DNA of 63,805 nucleotides, the filler included, from Klebsormidium nitens (Eukaryota > Plantae > Klebsormidiophyceae), in the NCBI GenBank assembly GCA_000708835.1. It is 10 parts of 10 records of this genome, joined end to end, with 100 filler letters (N's around TTAATTAATTAA, not from the genome) between each part and the next. Parts side by side here need not be neighbours in the genome. Positions count along the whole stretch, not along the records: positions 54,742 to 57,674 come from DF238624.1; positions 57,775 to 62,049 come from DF238514.1; positions 62,150 to 63,805 come from DF238458.1; 7 more parts are not named here. One strand, 5' to 3'. Both the position numbers and the translations under genes were made by a program. Position 1 is the stretch's first letter. Each line of letters opens with the position of its first letter. Shown here in pieces: positions 57,285 to 63,805 of the stretch. A model generated the notes under the pieces. That model had not been told where the DNA came from. It saw only the letters and a program-made list of their open reading frames with translations, and did not search any database.

Positions 57285-57827
57285 GTAACTTCCTTCTGAC
57301 CAATTTCTTCTTTATAACCGGTAGAAGGTCTCGTTTATGGACAGAAGGTTCTTCGCCCCGCCCCCCCACCCCAATAATCACCATCGATCTTATGACTTCT
57401 GAAGAAAGGCTTAACCGCTCACCGAAAATTGACTGCCTAGTGAAGCTCCTTTCAAAAAGCATACGCGGCAAATCGACCTTGGTAACATTTGACGCGGATC
57501 TCATGATAACCTAAATGTGACGGTTGGACAGGGTTTACACGCTGCCTGTCTACTTCACATGTGCGGAAACCATGCGAAGCTTTTCAGCACGCCTTGGGAT
57601 CACCTCAGCAAGAGCGCCTCTCAGAAAAATTGCGTCTTCTTGCCTTCTTCCCAAAGACTGATTAGTTAGGACTCNNNNNNNNNNNNNNNNNNNNNNNNNN
57701 NNNNNNNNNNNNNNNNNNTTAATTAATTAANNNNNNNNNNNNNNNNNNNNNNNNNNNNNNNNNNNNNNNNNNNNGGCTTTTTGGTGCTTGGTGGATCTTG
57801 TTCCTGGCTTTCTCCTTGTGCTTGACA

Positions 57828-58903
57828 ATGGCTTCAGCAAACCCTTCCTCCTATGCAAAAGTCACCATCAGCACTAGCGGGCCTCCTGCTAGCAATCCAC
57901 CTACCGAGGCTGACTCTGAGCTCGATGAGTTCTTTGCTGCAAATCCTGGGAGGCTGTATGGTGCATACGTCACATACCCGAGCTCTTTCAGCAAGCTCCA
58001 GGACAACATCATCGTAGGCATCAGAGACACCATTACCAAGCATAAGAGCAAGTTCAGTGATGAGGGGTCATACTCTGCTGAATTCAAGGGAGGGACTGCC
58101 TCTAGACGTGATCTTCACAGGATCCTCGTTGCCTTCACTGAGGAAGCAGATCAGCAGGCCTTCAAGGACATTCGGCATGTGGTTTTCGAGGATGACAAGG
58201 GGGGCCTGTTGCATGCCCAAATCGGGCAGGACAGGATCTCGTATGAGGAGATTTTGGGGAACAAGGGGGCAAAGGGTGCCGAGAAGGTGTTCATAGTGCT
58301 GAAGAAGATGCCAGACAGCTGGACTCAGAATCAGATTGTAGCAGCCTTCACCACCTTCACTTGGAAGGCTAGAGGGTTCACACACCCCTTTGTCTCCCAG
58401 TTCAGCAAGATTACATGGTTCTGGCACAAGAGTGGTGTCCAGAGGAGGATGTTGATTGCAGAGGTGATCCCCCATGAGGAAGACCCTAACTGTGAGAAGG
58501 TGCCGTCCGTCCACAACCCCAAGCCTGGGAAGACGGCCCGTTCATCATTGGGTGCAGTCTTCACGAGTGCGAGCTGTGTGGTCAGAAAGGCCATCGGGCA
58601 GAAGTGCATGACAGTTTCAAGGGCAGACCTGCACTCAAGAGGAAGAGGTCTGCTCAGACGGAGGGTCAGGCAGAGGGCAATGACAAGAGGCGTGCAGTGA
58701 GTTCAAGTTGTTCTCAGCTACCAGGGGCTGCCGGTCATGCATTCTGTGTGTTGTGCTTGTCACAGGTTGTGCTTCTCGGAAACAAGTGGCAATTTCTACT
58801 GTCTCGTCTATTAAAGGTTTCTGCATTCACCTTTGTTGCTTCTGTTCACTCTGCAAGATTGATGTGTTCATCTCAGACTTCCCTGTCTTGTCTACAGTGC
58901 TAA
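57828..58903 (+). CDS. LINE ORF1-like protein (frameshift near 58545; zinc knuckle)
   Basis: MASANPSSYAKV start and position upstream of an APE-RT ORF. CELCGQKGHRAEVH lies in the shifted frame. The 3' end is uncertain. Confidence 0.65.
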
Positions 58904-59139
58904 GGTGCAGCAACTTTCAATGGACTGCTGTTTTTGTTCCTGAACTCCTCACAGAGCCGTTTTCTGCCTCAGATTGGGTGTTTTCAAAGCTTGTTTTTCA
59001 GAAAAATCGCTCCGGCATCTTCTTCCGCTATCGCTCCAGAATCTGGCTCCGCATCGGGGGCTGCCGCCCCCGAACCCCCGCTGAGACATGTGTCTTAATT
59101 GCTTTTCTCAAACAACTTGCACCACTTCTTTCCCCTCAG

Positions 59140-59378
59140 CAAAGACCGAGCTCATGGACGAGATCGAGAAGGACAAGTACGTCAAGTATGTGGCATCGGA
59201 CGTCTCCCGCGAGGCGTGGAAGTGTACTCTCTGCAAGAAGGCGGGCAACGGGTTCTATCGGTGCTACCGTCATGTCAAGGGCTCGGATCACATGGACGCG
59301 CTGGCGGATCTGGTTGCTGAAAAGACGGAGACGGACGAACCTGTCGAGAAAGAAGATGCGGCTGGGGATGCTGCATGA
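59140..59378 (+). CDS. Exon or small ORF with a C2H2 (U1/matrin-like) zinc finger
   Basis: WKCTLCKKAGNGFYRCYRHVKGSDH, preceded by the polypyrimidine acceptor TTCTTTCCCCTCAG. Confidence 0.55.
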
Positions 59379-59428
59379 TCCCCGTATCAAGATCGTAAGC
59401 TATACCCATACTCTCCTCTCTTCTGGAA

Positions 59429-62049
59429 ATGAGTAGACATCGTCTTGCTCATAATCAAACACTGCCAGCTCCAAACTTGTCCACTGCAGTACCTACGGCT
59501 ATCCATTGCTCTTTGAACATCAACGGCATCAACAAAAGTATCAAACAGTCGCAGTTGAACACTATGCGTAAGATCCAGGGCTGGAAGGTTCTTTACTTGA
59601 CTGACACTCGTGTCTATAAAGTGGATGAGATCCCCAAGATTGAGAGGTCACTAGGAGTCACTTCTGGGTTTTGGAGTCTCGGAAGTCCACACAGTGCTGG
59701 AACAGCCATTCTCTTCTTCATGCCTATGAACATTTTAGCGAGCTACAATGATCCTAAAGGACGTTATACGAGAGTTGATTATGTTTGGGAGGATTCTGAG
59801 TATTCCAGTATTGCTGTTTATGCTCCCGCTGTTGCGCGCGATCGCCAAAACTTCATTAGTACAGATCTGTCGGACTTTTTCGATTCGAAACCACTTCTTG
59901 AGAAAACCATCATTGCAGGTGATTGGAACTTTGTCTCCGATCCCTCGCTTGACCGTCGGTCTCCTAATGTTTCAGGTGGACAGGTTGGAAATCTAGAATT
60001 TGAAGAAATGGCTCAAAAGTACGACTTAATTGACCTCTTCAGACACTACCACCCCACTAGAAGGTCTTTCACCTTCTCTTCTTCTCAGTTCAATATGGCT
60101 ACACGTATTGATCGCTGTTACATCAACAAAGATATGCTTGCTTTCACACACAGCTGCAAGCATCTCACTCTACCGTCCTCGATTTCAGACCATGAAGCTG
60201 GAGTCTCTTTTACCATTCGGGCAATCAACGCTTCAACAAAGGGTCCTGGATATTGGAAATTGAATGCCTCTTTGCTGAAGAGGCCTGGGTACAAAAAACT
60301 CATCGAAAGTACCATCAATGACTTTAAGACTGCTCGGGATGCATATCCCAATACCAAATCTTGGTGGGAAAGCTTGAAGTATGCCATTCAAGTTGTCACT
60401 CAACCGTATGCTAAGGAGCAAAACGGGCGTAGAAAACGGACAATCGACTCCTTGGAAAAACAAATTTTGTCAATTGAAAATGATCTGTGTTCTTCTGCTT
60501 CCGATTTTTCTGAATTTAAGTATGAAGAAGGCAAGATTAAGTCAAATGTTGGCGGACTATTACAATGATATTCATGTGGCAGCGCAATTGAAAGCAGGCG
60601 CTAAGCATGCTCTGCATGGGGAAAAACCTACTGCTTACTTTTCCGCTTTGATCAAGGCAAGAGCTCAGAAGTCGCTCATTTCTGAAATTGATCCTGGTGA
60701 TAATGCTATAGTTCTTACTGACATCAATGACATTCTGCTTGAAGCCACCAACTTTTATTCTACGCTTTACAAAGCCAAGGACACACAGAAGGGTACTCAA
60801 CGCTCGCTGTTTTTAGGTGCTATGAATGCATCTTTAGGTGAAGCTGACAAGTCATTTTGTGATAAAATAGTAGAAAAGGATGAAGTTTTGGCGAGTTTGA
60901 GAAAACTAGCTAATGGTAAAGCACCTGGTGTGGATGGCTTACCAGTCGAGTTTTACAAAACCTTCTGGCCTTCGATTGGTGATGCTTATATGGATCTGCT
61001 CGTGGAATGTTTTGAGAGTAGAGAACTTCCTCTGACTATGCGGACGAGTATCATTACGCTGATTTATAAGAAAGATGATCGAACAAAGTTGAAAAACTAC
61101 CGGCCAATCTCGCTTCTCTGTGCTGATTACAAAATTATTGCTAAGGTTATGGCTGAAAGAATGAAAAGAGTAATGCATAAGCTTGTATCCGATGACCAAA
61201 CGGGCTTCGTTCCAGGTAGAAACATCAATCAGAATATCATCACCTTCTTGGAAGTTCAAGACTATATGCACAACGCTCAGAAGTCAGGTTTCGCTTTTCT
61301 AGCTGACATTGAAAAGGCATTTGATTCGGTATGCCGCGATTTTCTTGAAGCTTCGCTCAGAAGATTCAACTTTGGAGATTATTCAATTTCATGGTTTGTC
61401 ACTCTTCACAATAGATCCACTGCAAAAATCATTATCAATGGCTTTTTGTCACACAGCTTTGAAATTTCTTCCGGTGTCAGACAGGGTTGCCCCTGGGCTC
61501 CACTGTTGTTTCTAGCGGCCACTGAACCTTTGGCATGTAACATTCGCAACTCTCGGATTGGACTTTCTTTACCGCAAGGTCTCCTCTCTTACAAAGGCTA
61601 TGCTGACGATACATGCTGTTACCTGGCAGATATTCCACAGATGCGCAAGTTGCTTCAAATCTTTGCATCATATAAAGAGGTTTCAGGCCTGAAATTAAAT
61701 GAAAGCAAATCATCGATAATACCTTTAGGTACCTCCACGGGTATGCTAAAACCTGCAAACATTCCATGTAAATGGCTCTATCCGGGGGATCACGATAGAT
61801 TACTTGGCATACAAGTAGGAAGCCTTTACAGTGACGATATTCTGTGGAACGAAATGATCCAAAAGTTCTATAGATCAATTCGCCAATGGATTCCTAAACA
61901 CCTTTCAGTCTATGGTCGAATCTGTGCAGCTAAAAGTTACATCGCGAGCAAATGCTGGTATCTGGCTTCTGTAATTCCGCCACGACCAAAAGCCATTTCA
62001 AAAATACAAGCAATTCTTTGGAACTTCATCCAAAACAATAGATGTTTTG
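59429..62049 (+). CDS. L1/Tx1-clade LINE ORF2: APE endonuclease + reverse transcriptase (1 frameshift near 60520, cut by contig end)
   Basis: SLNINGI, YAP, IAGDWN, TRIDRCY, ISDH; KAPGVDGLPVEFYK, YRPISLLCADYK, QTGFVPGR, DIEKAFDSV, GVRQGCP, YADDT. Confidence 0.93.
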
Positions 62050-62149
62050 NNNNNNNNNNNNNNNNNNNNNNNNNNNNNNNNNNNNNNNNNNNNTTAATTA
62101 ATTAANNNNNNNNNNNNNNNNNNNNNNNNNNNNNNNNNNNNNNNNNNNN

Positions 62150-63449
62150 GGTGATTGTCTGCTTTCCATTGATTGAAAATGGCCAGCCTATTTGCTTTTC
62201 CTGCTCGCAACTGTGCTGTCTCGGTGCTCGCATAGCGGAAGCCCGCCCTACCACCATTCCCATAGTGACGGGCAACTGGAGTTCCTCCCTGCAGGTACGT
62301 CTCCCGCAACTGACAGATGTTGTGGAGTACCACGCATGCAAGAATCACCTTCGGACAGTACTGGAGTCGGACATTCAAGTTCTGCAGGATACGCCAGCGG
62401 CCTTTGAGGATCCCAAAGGCATTCTCGATCATCACCCTTCCAGCCCTGAAGTTCGCATCAAATGCATTCTGGTCTGCCGTTCCCGTCCTCTTTGAGGTGA
62501 AGGCCTTGATACAAAACGTAGACAGCGGGTAAGCAGAGTCACCCGCAAGATAAGGACGAATGACCTTGCCATCGGCGCGCGCAAACGGGCGTGTCAACAG
62601 CCCTTCGTTCTTCAACTTTCTGTACAGCCTGCTGTCCCGAAAGTGCTCAGCGTCGTGGGTGCCCCCCGGAGCATTCACGCACGCATCCCAGAAGACTTTC
62701 CGGTGATCACACACCCCTTGAAGAAGCAGACTGTGGATATCATGACGGCACCAGTAATCTGCTGGCCCGTACTTTGCAGGGGGTTTTTGCCAAAGCTTGA
62801 TGTGGCTCCCATCTATTGCGCCAACCATGCTGACCAGCCCCGTCAAAGCCTGAAACCCCGCTATGATAGCCGCTGCTTCCTGATCAGATGGAATTTTAAC
62901 GAACTCAGAATACAGATCTACAGCAAGAGCTTGAGCTACTAGGATTGTGTACATACTGACAGTACTTGCCCCCACATTGTACTCCTCCGCTATCCTCTTT
63001 GGAGAGTGTCCGTGCGCGAGACGGTAGATTACCATGGCGATTGCCCTCTCTGGTTCTATAGCCTTCCGGAACTTTGTGTTTTCCTTCTCAATGAAAGGCT
63101 TGATCTTTTCTGCTACAAAGCAGAACAGAGGCCAAGACATCCTGTAAGTCTCAAACCACTTGGCATCTCTGAGCTCCGGCGTAATCATCCACACCGTGTT
63201 TTGCACTACTTCCCAGGTGACAGTCTGCCTGGGAAACCTCCACCACTCTCTTTTCCTTTTGCGGGACTCCTCAGCTTTTACAGTATAGATGGCAACGAGG
63301 GAGACCATGAAGATGAAAAAGAAAGGCACAATGTATGAATGGGCCAGATCTTCATCACTCACAAACGTGCTCTGCATCTTATTAATGGTTGTAGAGACGT
63401 CTGCCATGATCATCTTCAAGACTAGGTTGTCTACTTGATCCATTGCATC
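62150..63449 (-). CDS. PIF/Harbinger DDE transposase (HARBI1-like, DDE_Tnp_4)
   Basis: Open frame with AIAMVIYRLAHG, VGAIDGSHI, PGGTHDA, LAGDSAYPL, RVMIENAFGILKGRWRIL and ACVVLHNIC. The stop lies beyond the contig edge; the start is assumed at MDQVDN. Confidence 0.93.
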
Positions 63450-63805
63450 AATGAACAATGCCTGGCAGATGCCCTTGCTGCTTCGTCCCTTTGATGATGT
63501 GCACAACGCTGCGCTTCAAACCAGTGCCTCCTGCCTCCAAAAGCCTGCCAATGCGACAGTACAGCAAGCTTACTGCAAGAGAGTGCATCCTGGCATGTGG
63601 CCGCGCGGCTTGCCATGTGGCGGTCTATGGGCTGCTGCGCTGCCTTATCCGATGGTGGAGCCCGTATGATTTGGATCACGTGACCAGATTGTCCGACGGG
63701 CCATCGACGGATTTGTCCGTCGCTTTTCCCTGTGTGAACAACACGGGTTTTCCGTCGATGTCCGTCGACGGACTGGTCCGTCGACGGCGTCAAAAGAATT
63801 TCAGA

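Overview
This is eukaryotic nuclear DNA rich in GT-AG introns, not a continuous locus. Ten unrelated contigs are joined by nine identical artificial 100-bp linkers (N44-TTAATTAATTAA-N44), so adjacency only has meaning inside a contig. Contigs: A 1-7924, B 8025-13252, C 13353-25058, D 25159-34194, E 34295-41997, F 42098-50225, G 50326-54641, H 54742-57674, I 57775-62049, J 62150-63805. The source is probably a green or charophyte alga, Klebsormidium-like (inferred from the DNMT-carrying Gypsy and half-tRNA-primed Copias, not proven). Content is mostly mobile DNA: nested Copia LTR elements and solo LTRs (A, C, F), a Gypsy element with a C5 DNA methyltransferase between protease and RT (F), an intron-containing CryptonF-type tyrosine recombinase (E), a DIRS/Ngaro-type recombinase relic (F), an L1/Tx1-type LINE (I), a Harbinger transposase (J), a PIF1 helicase (H), MITEs and a TRIM. 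Two items stand out. (1) Contig D is a virus-like gene cluster centred on an apparently intact five-exon Prim-Pol/D5 primase-helicase (about 885 aa after splicing and closing a spurious gap), with MC1-like, BRO/KilA-type and divergent recombinase-like neighbours and hairpin-rich tandem repeats. (2) Contig G holds a multi-exon RAG1/Transib-like transposase with RAG1-like zinc-ligand spacing. All family calls come from reading motifs by eye; no database searches were run.
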